A DNA stretch of 58,751 nt from Gammaproteobacteria bacterium (GCA_028870705.1 JAGWPD010000252.1:1-58751); one strand, 5' to 3'. Shown: positions 44,643 to 52,999, numbered from the stretch's first letter. Program-made: numbers and translations. Notes: generated by a model from the sequence alone, not told the origin.

Positions 44643-45925
44643 GGACTCGCTCCGGGTGCGGCCAGCCGGTTGAAGGCCGACTCGAGGTTCGCCTCGGAAT
44701 CGATCAGGAATTGACCGGAGCGCACCACGGACTGGCCCGCCGTGAGTCCGGACAAAATCGCCGTCTTGCCGTCCGCTTCGACGCCCGTGGTCACGTTGGC
44801 GACTGCGAAGCCACCGCCATCGCGCGCCACGATCACGACGCTCCGCTCGCCCGTGGTGATGACGGCTTCGCTCGGCACCCATAGTTGCGGGCGCGCGGCG
44901 CGCCCCGGAAACGCAGCTTCGACATACATCCCGGGACTCAAGCGGCCGCCCGCATTGTCGACGGCCACCCGCACGCCGATGGTGCGGGTGACCGGGTCGA
45001 GCGCCGGCAGTACGCGCAGCACCTTGCCGGTGAACACCTGTCCGGGATAGGCAATGGTACTGATGTGCACGCGCTGTCCTGCGGCGACGGCCCGTGCCTG
45101 GCTTTCCGGCAGCTGCCCATCGACCCACACCGGATCGATGCGGTTGATGCGCGCCAGGACCGTGCCGGCCGTGAAGGCAGCGCCTTCGCGCAATCCGAGT
45201 TCCGTGACCACGCCAGCCACCGGCGCGGTCAGTTCGAAACGGGCCGGCGGTGTTCGCGATTGCTCGACTTGCAGTATCGCGGCATTCGGCACGCCGAGTA
45301 CCACCAGCCGCTGGCGCAGCGCCGCGCGCAGCGCGGAATTCCCGGCAAACGAGCCGGCTGACAGTGCGAGGTATTCCCCCAGGGCTTCGCGCCAGGCCGG
45401 TGCGTCGACTTCGGCCAGAACCTGCCCGCGGCGCACGTGCTCGAGCGCGGTGCGAATGATGAGCCGCGTCACATAGCCATCGACACGAGGCTGCACGATG
45501 GCCTGGGCCGCGTCATCGTAGGCCACGATCCCGACGGCGTTGACCACGGGTGAGATCGCGGCACGCTCGACCCGCCCGAGCCTGATGCCCAGCTGCTGCT
45601 GTGCGGCGGTGCTGACGTGCACGTCAGGCTCGCCGGATGCGGCATTGGCATTGTCGTCGGCATAGACCGGCTGCAGCGGCATGTCCATGAAGGGAGACTT
45701 GCCCGGTTTGTCGAACCTCAATTCGGGTCGCATCGGGTCGTGCCAATAGAGCACGCGCCGCTCGGGATTGGCAGCAGGCACAGCGCTCGCTGGCGATGCA
45801 CCGCCGCCCGCCGCATGGTGCCCGGCCCGCCACTTCGACCAACCCACGCCAAGCGCCAGACCTGCGATCAGCACGACCAGCAGTGACGCCAATTGGCGCG
45901 TCCAATGCATGTTTGAGTGGCTCAT
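44639..45925 (-). CDS. cusB: CusB-type periplasmic adaptor
   Basis: Carries the '[31 protein letters not shown]' motif characteristic of Cu/Ag adaptors. ATGA overlap with cusC. Confidence 0.88.
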   Translation of the reverse strand: MSHSNMHWTRQLASLLVVLIAGLALGVGWSKWRAGHHAAGGGASPASAVPAANPERRVLYWHDPMRPELRFDKPGKSPFMDMPLQPVYADDNANAASGEPDVHVSTAAQQQLGIRLGRVERAAISPVVNAVGIVAYDDAAQAIVQPRVDGYVTRLIIRTALEHVRRGQVLAEVDAPAWREALGEYLALSAGSFAGNSALRAALRQRLVVLGVPNAAILQVEQSRTPPARFELTAPVAGVVTELGLREGAAFTAGTVLARINRIDPVWVDGQLPESQARAVAAGQRVHISTIAYPGQVFTGKVLRVLPALDPVTRTIGVRVAVDNAGGRLSPGMYVEAAFPGRAARPQLWVPSEAVITTGERSVVIVARDGGGFAVANVTTGVEADGKTAILSGLTAGQSVVRSGQFLIDSEANLESAFNRLAAPGASP

Positions 45926-47190
45926 GGTGCGTTGCTCCCGGTCGAGAGAAAGTTGAGATAAGCCCAGGCGCGCCCGTAGCTGCCGTAGATCTCGGCAAAG
46001 GAGAGTTCGAGATTCAGCTGGTCGCCAAGCACGGACAGCGCCGTGCTGGCGTCGGTGGTGCCCGCGGCCAATCCGGCCAGAGCGGCGGCTGATCGCGCCC
46101 GCGCCAGCGGCAACCGCTGCTGTTCATAGAGCGCCACGCGATCGCGCCCCGCCTGCCAGTCGGCCAGCGTCGCGGCAAGTTCCGCCGTGTGCATCCGGAA
46201 TGCGGCCTGGCGGTCCGCTTCGAGCTGCCGCACCGTGGCGCGTCGCGCCGCGATCACGGGATCGGCGCGTGAGGCCGCAAACAACGGCAGGCTCACACGC
46301 ACTTCCACGGAGACCATGTTCGAGTAGCCCGGCCCGCGCTGACCATAGGAGACTTCGCTGCTCCAGTCGGGTCGCCGGTCGGCCGTGGCCACCGCGATCG
46401 CCGCCTTCGCCTCCGCCACCCGCGCATCGAAGGCGCGCAGTTCCGCGTGCCGATGCACGCCGGCCTGCAGCGACGAAGCACTGGCCGGCAAGACCTCGAA
46501 GGATGGCGGCGGCGCCAGCGGTCGAGCAGCCAACGTGCCAATCCACCGGGCGAGTCCGGCGCGCGCGGCAAGCGCCTGCTGATGCGCAACCAGCAGCCGA
46601 TCGGCAAGTTCGGCCGCGCTCGACTGCGCTTCGAGCAGCTCGGCGCTGGCGGCCCGGCCATTGGCCAGGGCATTGCGTGCGAGCGTCACCTGCAGTTCGT
46701 AGTTGGGTTGCAGGGCCGCCAGTGCCTGCACGGCCTGTTCGGTCGTGAGCACCGCGATCCACGCCTGTGCCGTCGAGAGCGAAACGTCCAGCCGGGTTTG
46801 CGCAGCTTCCGTCAGCGCCGCGACCGCGCGAGCCTGCGCCATCGACCGCTCGGCGCTGCGGCGGTGGGCGTTGCCGAACGACTGCATGACGCCGACTTTC
46901 CGCATCGTCATGAAGTCGCGGTCCACGCTCCACGCATCCGGTCCATTGACCGGGAGATTCTCCACGCCGGCGATGATTTCCGGCGCCGGCAGGCGACCGG
47001 CGGCGACCGCCTCCGCATTGGCGCTGTCGGCCGCCGCCAGGCGCGCTTGCAACTGCGGCGCCGATCGATTCGCCTCGGTCACGGCTGCTTCGATCGTCAG
47101 GGGTTCATTCGTGAGGGGATCAGGGGCCGCCGCCGCGGCGAGACCTGCCCAAAGGCACGAGGCCCAGGTAATCCATCGAACTGCGCTCAT
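45922..47190 (-). CDS. cusC: CusC/CzcC-type outer-membrane factor (no lipobox)
   Basis: Signal peptide 'WASCLWAGLAAAAA'. TolC-family helical repeats. First gene of a translationally coupled CBA triplet. Confidence 0.8.
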   Translation of the reverse strand: MSAVRWITWASCLWAGLAAAAAPDPLTNEPLTIEAAVTEANRSAPQLQARLAAADSANAEAVAAGRLPAPEIIAGVENLPVNGPDAWSVDRDFMTMRKVGVMQSFGNAHRRSAERSMAQARAVAALTEAAQTRLDVSLSTAQAWIAVLTTEQAVQALAALQPNYELQVTLARNALANGRAASAELLEAQSSAAELADRLLVAHQQALAARAGLARWIGTLAARPLAPPPSFEVLPASASSLQAGVHRHAELRAFDARVAEAKAAIAVATADRRPDWSSEVSYGQRGPGYSNMVSVEVRVSLPLFAASRADPVIAARRATVRQLEADRQAAFRMHTAELAATLADWQAGRDRVALYEQQRLPLARARSAAALAGLAAGTTDASTALSVLGDQLNLELSFAEIYGSYGRAWAYLNFLSTGSNAP

Positions 47191-47305
47191 CGGATCTGCT
47201 CCAGCGTAAGTGCCGAATGCGCCACGCCGCTGCGCACCTGCACAAGGGCCGGGGCGAGTGGTGGACGTGGAAATTCCGGTTCAGCCAGGAACCGGCGAGC
47301 AGAAC

Positions 47306-47704
47306 TTAAAGACGGAGCCGACGAGTCCGCAGATAGAGGGGCCGGCGGTCTGTCGAGGCCCAGCCGTCATCAATTGATCCGCCGACCCGGAGCGTTTGCT
47401 CTGCAGCGCCCGCCGCGACGAGGCTGAAGCCGGGATCGGGCTGCAATTTGTCGGCCGCAGCATACCGGGGCCCCGGACGCGCCTGGACGCAGACAGCCGC
47501 AGCAATGGCCGTATCCGGCGCCGCAAAACAACAATCGCCGGTTGCCTGCGCTCCCCGTGGCCGCGAATCCGGCACGCCACATGGAGCGCGCTGTTCGCCC
47601 TGGCAACAATCGCGCGCGGCTTGCCGCGGGGCGCACAGCACCACGGGCGCCGCCACGAGCAGCGCGGCGAGTACGCACAGGGCTCTCAGGCTACGGCCGA
47701 ACAA
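47306..47704 (-). CDS. Small secreted Cys-rich protein of unknown function (two DCC motifs)
   Basis: The TTG start at 47704 is preceded by GGAGAGGA. Signal peptide 'RSLRALCVLAALLVAAPVVLCAP'. Motifs 'DCCQGEQRAPCG' and 'GDCCFAAP'. C-terminus 'LYLRTRRLRL'. Confidence 0.5.
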   Translation of the reverse strand: MFGRSLRALCVLAALLVAAPVVLCAPRQAARDCCQGEQRAPCGVPDSRPRGAQATGDCCFAAPDTAIAAAVCVQARPGPRYAAADKLQPDPGFSLVAAGAAEQTLRVGGSIDDGWASTDRRPLYLRTRRLRL

Positions 47705-47811
47705 GGGCTCCGTCCTCTCCAGAATCGGGTACTGACCCGCGACAGTGTAGCTCAGCCAGGCCCATCGGCAACCGTGACGCAGTACCGGATTGCCGCATGC
47801 GCCTTGCAACG

Positions 47812-48828
47812 TCAGTCCACTTTACGGCTCGACCAATGGATGTGCGCGATTCGCCAGGTCTGCGAATCCCGATTCAGGACCATGGTCTCGGTGGTGATGA
47901 GTTTTTCCGGCTTCGCGCCAGCGGCAGTGAGTTCGGATTCGGTGGCCACCCACGCCTGATTTCCAGCCGCCTGACCGGCGCGCGAAAGCACGCGCACTCT
48001 TGCGCCTTGCAGGAATCGGGCATCGGCCTGAAGATGGTGCGACGCATATTCCTGGCGCGACCGCTCGACCTGGCCTGCTTCGTAAATCAGGACCGTCGGC
48101 TCGAGCAGCCTCGCGGCTGCGGCCGTGTCGCCGCCAGCAAGCAGCCTCTGGAAATCGTCCACCGTAGCGGCAGCCCCGGCCGCAGTCGGCGCCACCGGGC
48201 GAGCCTTGCCAGGCTGCGCGAGTCCTGCAGTGCCGGACGAAGGCTCTGGCCCCGCTTCCATGGCGCCTGCTTCGCCATGGTCGTCCATTTCCATGCCAGC
48301 GTGGTGGTGGTGGTGACCGCCTTCACCGGAATTGATGATTTCCTGGTACGCGGCCGGCGTGAGCCCTGGCAGTTTCTGCAGGAAGGCGACCATCGACCAG
48401 ATGCGCTCGTCGTCGTGTGTCAGACCCCACGCCGGCATGCCCGACATCTTGAGACCGTGCTTGATGATCCAGAATTGCTGCGCGGCGCTACGGTGCGCGC
48501 CGGGCTCGGCGAGTTTCGGCGGCTGCGGATAGAGACCGACGCGCAATTCCGTGTCGCCCATGCCTGGCGCCAGGTGACATCCGGTGCACATTTCCGCGTA
48601 CTCGCCGGCGCCGCTCGCTATGAAACTCGCATCCCCGAGATTGCCCGGGACGCTGATGTCGCCTGTCTGCCGCCCGATATAGCGCTCGCGCGCAGTCTGC
48701 ACGAGCCGCGCCGTCAGCCCCCAATGAGCATCATCCGCGGAAAAATTGAAGCGCCCGGAGTACACGCCAGCCGCAACGAGCACCGCGAGCGCTGCCAGGA
48801 CCAGGGCAGTGATTCTGAAAGCCTTCAT
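47812..48828 (-). CDS. Membrane-anchored or secreted class-I cytochrome c fused via a His/Met-rich linker to an NTF2/SnoaL-like (DUF4440-like) domain
   Basis: Haem motif 'CTGCH' (48574-48588) and axial Met context 'SGMPAWG'. Linker 'GGHHHHHAGMEMDDHGEAGAMEAG' (His run at 48301-48315). C-terminal part 'LLEPTVLIYEAGQVERSRQEYASHHL...WRIAHIHWS'. Confidence 0.75.
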   Translation of the reverse strand: MKAFRITALVLAALAVLVAAGVYSGRFNFSADDAHWGLTARLVQTARERYIGRQTGDISVPGNLGDASFIASGAGEYAEMCTGCHLAPGMGDTELRVGLYPQPPKLAEPGAHRSAAQQFWIIKHGLKMSGMPAWGLTHDDERIWSMVAFLQKLPGLTPAAYQEIINSGEGGHHHHHAGMEMDDHGEAGAMEAGPEPSSGTAGLAQPGKARPVAPTAAGAAATVDDFQRLLAGGDTAAAARLLEPTVLIYEAGQVERSRQEYASHHLQADARFLQGARVRVLSRAGQAAGNQAWVATESELTAAGAKPEKLITTETMVLNRDSQTWRIAHIHWSSRKVD

Positions 48829-48838
48829 GAGTCACCTT

Positions 48839-50149
48839 TCATCTGGTTTGAATGATCCGCCGGACGGGCCCGCCAAAATCAGGATCGGAACTCACTCGTC
48901 GCGCCACCGTGCCCGCCGGCGCCTGGTACCAACCCGGATCGCGGTAGTCATTCGCCGCCAACCCGCGACGCACCTTGACGGTCGTGAACATGCCGCCCAT
49001 CTCGAGGGCGCCGTACGGTCCAGTGCCGCCCATCATGGGCAGAGTGTTGGCGGGACCCGGCAGCTTCATCGCTTCGACGTGTTCCTGGTGGGCCGACATG
49101 CCATCGGCCCCCATGTTCATCATTCCCGGGAGGAGCGCTTCGAGGTCGGCGTCCGATGCGGCGATACGTGCGCCGAGCACGTTGGGGATGCCGTGGCCCA
49201 TCGCGTTCATCGTGTGATGCGCCATGTGACAGTGCAGCGCCCAGTCGCCGGGGACTGCTACGAACTCGAGGTCGCGGGTCTGGCCGACACCGATGAGTTC
49301 GGTCACTTCCGGGCGCCAGCGTTGGCGGGGCCAGCGCCCGCCATCGGAACCGGTCACGTCGAACTGGTGGCCGTGCAGATGGATGGGATGGTTGTACATC
49401 GACAGATTCCCGATCCGTATGCGCACCCGCTCGCCGGCGCGGACTACCAGCGGATCGATTGCCGGGAACACCTTGCTGTTGAAAGTCCACAGGTCGAAAT
49501 CCAGCATGATCGATGGATCGGGGCGGTACGTTCCCGGATGCAGCGACCAGTTGTGCAGCAGGAAGGCGAAATCCCGGTCAATCGGCTCGGGTTCGCCGCC
49601 TGCCGGGTGAATGATGAACAGCCCCATCATGCCCACCGCCATCTGCACCATCTCGTCGGCATGCGGGTGATACATGTGGGTGCCGTGCTGGCGGAGCGTG
49701 AACTCGTAGGCAAAAGTCTCGCCGGGCCCGATGGCCGGTTGCGACAACCCGCTGACGCCGTCCATGCCCGAGGGCAGGAGGATGCCGTGCCAGTGGATCG
49801 AGGTCGGCTCCGGCAGGCGATTGGTGACGAGAATCCGCACGCGGTCGCCTTCGACGGCTTCGAGGGTCGGCCCTGGAGTGCCGCCGTTGTAGCCCCAGCA
49901 CTTCGCTTTGCAGCCGGGCGCGAACTCGTGATCCACTTCTTCGGCCACGAGATGGAATTCCTTCACGCCTGCTTTCAGCGTGTAGGGCAGGCTCCAGCCG
50001 TTGAGCGTACGAACCGACCCCGTGGATCTTCCTGGCCGTGCCGGCGCCGCCCTGGCATCAGCCGCCGGGGTGCCCGCGGCCGCGTCCACGGCGGCGCCGA
50101 GGGCCGCGGTTCCGGCCGCCAGAATCAGCGAACGACGGGACACGGTCAT
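48839..50149 (-). CDS. Tat-exported multicopper oxidase (compact, 436 aa)
   Basis: Tat signal 'SRRSLILAAGTAALGA'. Copper ligand motifs 'IHWHG', 'YHPH', 'HPIHLHGH' and 'HCHMAHHTMNAM'. Met-rich C-terminal segment 'GMMNMGADGMS...LPMMGG...EMGGM'. Confidence 0.9.
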   Translation of the reverse strand: MTVSRRSLILAAGTAALGAAVDAAAGTPAADARAAPARPGRSTGSVRTLNGWSLPYTLKAGVKEFHLVAEEVDHEFAPGCKAKCWGYNGGTPGPTLEAVEGDRVRILVTNRLPEPTSIHWHGILLPSGMDGVSGLSQPAIGPGETFAYEFTLRQHGTHMYHPHADEMVQMAVGMMGLFIIHPAGGEPEPIDRDFAFLLHNWSLHPGTYRPDPSIMLDFDLWTFNSKVFPAIDPLVVRAGERVRIRIGNLSMYNHPIHLHGHQFDVTGSDGGRWPRQRWRPEVTELIGVGQTRDLEFVAVPGDWALHCHMAHHTMNAMGHGIPNVLGARIAASDADLEALLPGMMNMGADGMSAHQEHVEAMKLPGPANTLPMMGGTGPYGALEMGGMFTTVKVRRGLAANDYRDPGWYQAPAGTVARRVSSDPDFGGPVRRIIQTR

Positions 50150-51582
50150 GGATGCGCTCCCGAAATCATTTCAATGGCCGCCAGCGGCTCGATGGCCGTG
50201 GCGCGGTCCGTGCGGCCGGCCAACCCCGGAAAGCGGCCGCCGGTGGCGCGCATCAGCCCGACGTAGGCACTCCAGTAATCGCGCAGTGCATCGACGTAGG
50301 CCTGGTAGCCTTCGTACTGATGTTGCTTGGCGGCGAGCAGTTCGATGGTGCCGATCAGCATGTAGTTCTGCTGTTTCTGGCTCTCGTCCACGATCGTGCG
50401 TTGCACGGGCAGCAGCTGGTCGCGGTAGATCGTCACCGCCTCGCGGGCCGCCGCGAGTGTCGCGAGCCGCGTCGCCACCTCATTGCCGATGGCGAGTTCC
50501 AGCGCGTGCACGTCGGCGGCCAGCACGTCCACGGTCGCCTGGGCGCGGCCTGCGGAACCATCACCCTGATTGAACAGCGGCAGACTCAGGCTCGCACCGG
50601 GACCTGCAATGGTCGCGGATGCAACGGCGCGATTGCCCCCGTCCTGCTCGACTCCCATGCCGATCGTCGTCTCGCCGAGCCAGCGCCAGCGGCGCGCGTG
50701 CCGGTTCGCGACCGACGCGAATCGCAGCGCTTCGCGGGCACTCATCAGGTCGAGGCGGTTGCCCAGCGCCACTTCCCGCAGTTTCCCGCCGTCTGGAATA
50801 TCGGCCATGGGCGGCAGGAACTCGCCCACCAGATCGATCGACTCATCGCTCCCCGCGCCAAGCAGTGTCAGCAGGGCGTTGCGATCCGCCGTTTCCGCGG
50901 CGTGCGCGCGCAGCATCTCGGTCCGTGCCAGATCCTCGGCTTCGCGCATCCGCGCCAGCTGCAGCGCCGTGATATTCCCGGCATCGAACAGCTGTTGGGC
51001 GTAGTTCGCCGCGACCTGAGTGCTCCTGGCGATGCGATCCCGCATCGAGGCCACGGTCCGGCTGCCGACGTACCGGATCTGCGAGGTCCTCACGTCGGCT
51101 TCCAGGTCGAGCAGCTCGCGCGCCACCTGTTGCTCCGCGAGCAGCACGCGGCTTTCACCGCCCGCCTTGCGAAAGCGCGCGAACAGGATTTCGGTGAAAT
51201 TCTGAGACAGGCTCCAGTCGACCTTGCGGGCGCCTGCGCCACCGCTGAGGCGTGCATACCCCAGGGTCGGATTGGACAAGCGGACCGCGTCGTAGAGATC
51301 CGCCCGGACGAAACCGAGCCGGGCGTAGATCGCAGCGACGCGCGGATTCCTGAGCAAGGCGATTTGCACCGCGGCGTCCGCATCCACTGGCCGGGCGAGC
51401 AGGTCCTTCAGCAGCGCATCCGGAGCGCCCCGACCCCGGTCTGCAGCGGCGACCGCGGCGGACACGGCCGAGCGGCTCGCATACAGGCCGGATGCACTGT
51501 CGCGAAGCTGCTCCACGCGCGGGGTCGCGCAGCCGGCCAGTGCCAGCAGTGCGACGGGCACCACCAATTTCGTTCCGATCAC
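50146..51582 (-). CDS. TolC-family outer-membrane lipoprotein, translationally coupled to the multicopper oxidase
   Basis: Lipobox 'LLALAGCATP'. OMF helical repeats. ATGA overlap with the MCO start. No adjacent RND or adaptor of its own. Confidence 0.8.
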   Translation of the reverse strand: MIGTKLVVPVALLALAGCATPRVEQLRDSASGLYASRSAVSAAVAAADRGRGAPDALLKDLLARPVDADAAVQIALLRNPRVAAIYARLGFVRADLYDAVRLSNPTLGYARLSGGAGARKVDWSLSQNFTEILFARFRKAGGESRVLLAEQQVARELLDLEADVRTSQIRYVGSRTVASMRDRIARSTQVAANYAQQLFDAGNITALQLARMREAEDLARTEMLRAHAAETADRNALLTLLGAGSDESIDLVGEFLPPMADIPDGGKLREVALGNRLDLMSAREALRFASVANRHARRWRWLGETTIGMGVEQDGGNRAVASATIAGPGASLSLPLFNQGDGSAGRAQATVDVLAADVHALELAIGNEVATRLATLAAAREAVTIYRDQLLPVQRTIVDESQKQQNYMLIGTIELLAAKQHQYEGYQAYVDALRDYWSAYVGLMRATGGRFPGLAGRTDRATAIEPLAAIEMISGAHP

Positions 51583-51620
51583 CGGCGACGGCTCCTGCGA
51601 TGGCGTCGATCAATCCCTCA

Positions 51621-51647
51621 GGTACGCGCCGCGGCCGGCAATCCCTC
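51621..51647 (-). promoter_or_regulatory. Candidate ECF-type promoter for the TolC-MCO-...-cusCBA array
   Basis: The minus strand reads GAGGGATTG (51647-51639), N12, CGTACC (51626-51621), about 38 nt upstream of the start at 51582. Confidence 0.45.
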
Positions 51648-51651
51648 ACCC

Positions 51652-51678
51652 GAGGGATGGGTAGAATGGCCGCGTACA
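51652..51678 (+). promoter_or_regulatory. Candidate ECF-type promoter for the cnrYXH-like operon
   Basis: The plus strand reads GAGGGATGG (51652-51660), N12, CGTACA (51673-51678), 33 nt upstream of the ATG at 51712. It mirrors the minus-strand motif. Confidence 0.45.
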
Positions 51679-51711
51679 TGGCATGAGCAGACTGGCAGCG
51701 GAGTGAGGCTT

Positions 51712-51996
51712 ATGTTGCAGGAAGAGTTGAGCGCACTGGCCCGGGCGCCCCTGGATCGCTCCCTGGACGGACTCGAGTCCGGTATCTGGCGGGTGGTCGA
51801 GGCGAAGACGAGCGAGCGTCGGGCCTATCGGGGAATCGTCACGATGCAACTCGTGATCCTGGCCATCGGTGTGGCCGGTAGCCTCGGCTTCGGCCGCCAA
51901 TGGGCCACGACCCACAATGCCGCGGGACCTCACGGCGTATTTTCCCCCTACACACGCCTGGTGGCGTCCAATCTGCTGGTTGGCGAGCCGCGATGA
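51712..51996 (+). CDS. CnrY-like small single-pass membrane anti-sigma factor (94 aa)
   Basis: A cytoplasmic N-terminus of about 45 aa, one TM segment ('IVTMQLVILAIGVAGSLGFG') and a short periplasmic tail. ATGA overlap with the next gene. Size, topology and position match CnrY (95 aa). Confidence 0.6.
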   Translation: MLQEELSALARAPLDRSLDGLESGIWRVVEAKTSERRAYRGIVTMQLVILAIGVAGSLGFGRQWATTHNAAGPHGVFSPYTRLVASNLLVGEPR

Positions 51997-52427
51997 AAAA
52001 GGACGCGGTCGCGCTGGTGATCCTGACTTTCGCTGTTGCGGTACTGGGCGGTTGGCTCGGCGTACGGCTCGGCCAACGGGAGCTGACTTCCAACCTGGGT
52101 CTCGACCAGGTGCTGCATCATGACCTGTCGCTCACCAAAGGACAGGAACGGCGGATCGAAGAACTTGAAGCCAGCTTCTCCGTGAAGCGCAAGTCGCTGG
52201 AATCCGAGATGCGGGCAGCCAACCGCGAGCTGGCGCAGGCCATGGTGACGGAGCATCGGATGAGCCCTGCGGTCGAGCAGGCCATCGGCCACTTCCATGT
52301 GGCGATGCGTCAGCTCCAGGAACTGACGACCGCACACGTACTGAGCATGCGCGAGGAGTTGACCCCGCCCCAGGCTGCAATCTTCGATCGGTCGGTCGTC
52401 AGGGCCCTCGACGCGGACGGACCGTGA
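51993..52427 (+). CDS. CnrX-like membrane-anchored periplasmic metal sensor (144 aa)
   Basis: An N-terminal TM anchor, then a gapless alignment (offset 4) to CnrX as I recall it: 'RAAN..LA', 'AHVLSMR' versus 'VHVFEMR', and 'FDRSVVRAL' versus 'YDRVLIDAL'. Confidence 0.75.
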   Translation: MKKDAVALVILTFAVAVLGGWLGVRLGQRELTSNLGLDQVLHHDLSLTKGQERRIEELEASFSVKRKSLESEMRAANRELAQAMVTEHRMSPAVEQAIGHFHVAMRQLQELTTAHVLSMREELTPPQAAIFDRSVVRALDADGP

Positions 52428-52999
52428 GTGAGCCGGCGGCGCCCGCTGACGTGCGCCTGGCGGCAGCGGCACGACACGGGGATCGCGCCGCTTTCGAAAC
52501 GCTGGTCTCGCTCCACAAAGCCAGTCTTTACAGGCTCGCCCGCCGTTCCACCGGCAACGGGGATGATGCCTACGATATCGTGCAGGACACCTTCGTCTCC
52601 GCGTGGCTCGCACTCGCGAGATTCAATCCGGCGCATGCCTTCGGGCCCTGGATCCGGACCATCCTGCTCAACAAATGCCGCGACTTCTCGCGGCGCCGCG
52701 CGGTCCGCAACCGGATTCTCCAATGGTGGACGTCCGGCGTTTCGCCACCGGGTGAAGCGGCGTGCGCCGACGTCGAGGCAGACTCCGCACTACAGGACCG
52801 CGCCCGCCTGAGGTCACTGGATCAGGCCATTGCGAATCTGCCCAGCCGCTACCAGGTGCCGCTTATACTGACGGCCCTGCAGGGACTGAGTCACCGCGAG
52901 GCGGCCGACCAGCTCGGGTTGACGCCCAAGGCGGTGGAACTACGCGTTCACCGCGCCCGCAAGCGACTCCAGGAACTGTTGCGAGGGGACGAGCCCTGA
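52424..52999 (+). CDS. ECF sigma-70 family factor, CnrH-like (191 aa)
   Basis: GTGA overlap with the sensor gene. Region 2 'DIVQDTFVSAWLALARFNPAHAFGPWIRTILLNKCRDFSRRR'. Region 4 'LILTALQGLSHREAADQLGLTPKAVELRVHRARKRL'. Confidence 0.88.
   Translation: MSEPAAPADVRLAAAARHGDRAAFETLVSLHKASLYRLARRSTGNGDDAYDIVQDTFVSAWLALARFNPAHAFGPWIRTILLNKCRDFSRRRAVRNRILQWWTSGVSPPGEAACADVEADSALQDRARLRSLDQAIANLPSRYQVPLILTALQGLSHREAADQLGLTPKAVELRVHRARKRLQELLRGDEP

Noticed and set aside
44643-45128. A 162-aa N-terminal extension of the CusA ORF, with similar upstream extensions of the ORFs at 26765-27610, 34527-35954, 37024-38376, 29679-30101 and 56191-58497.
   Set aside because: The extensions are Arg-rich low-complexity sequence that overlaps the preceding gene. 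Internal starts give canonical family N-termini and 4-nt stop/start overlaps or good Shine-Dalgarno spacing.
48301-48315. A run of five consecutive His codons (HHHHH) that could be an engineered affinity tag.
   Set aside because: It is internal and five residues long rather than six. It is embedded in a longer natural His/Met/Asp-rich linker and flanked by native-looking sequence, with no vector-like junctions.
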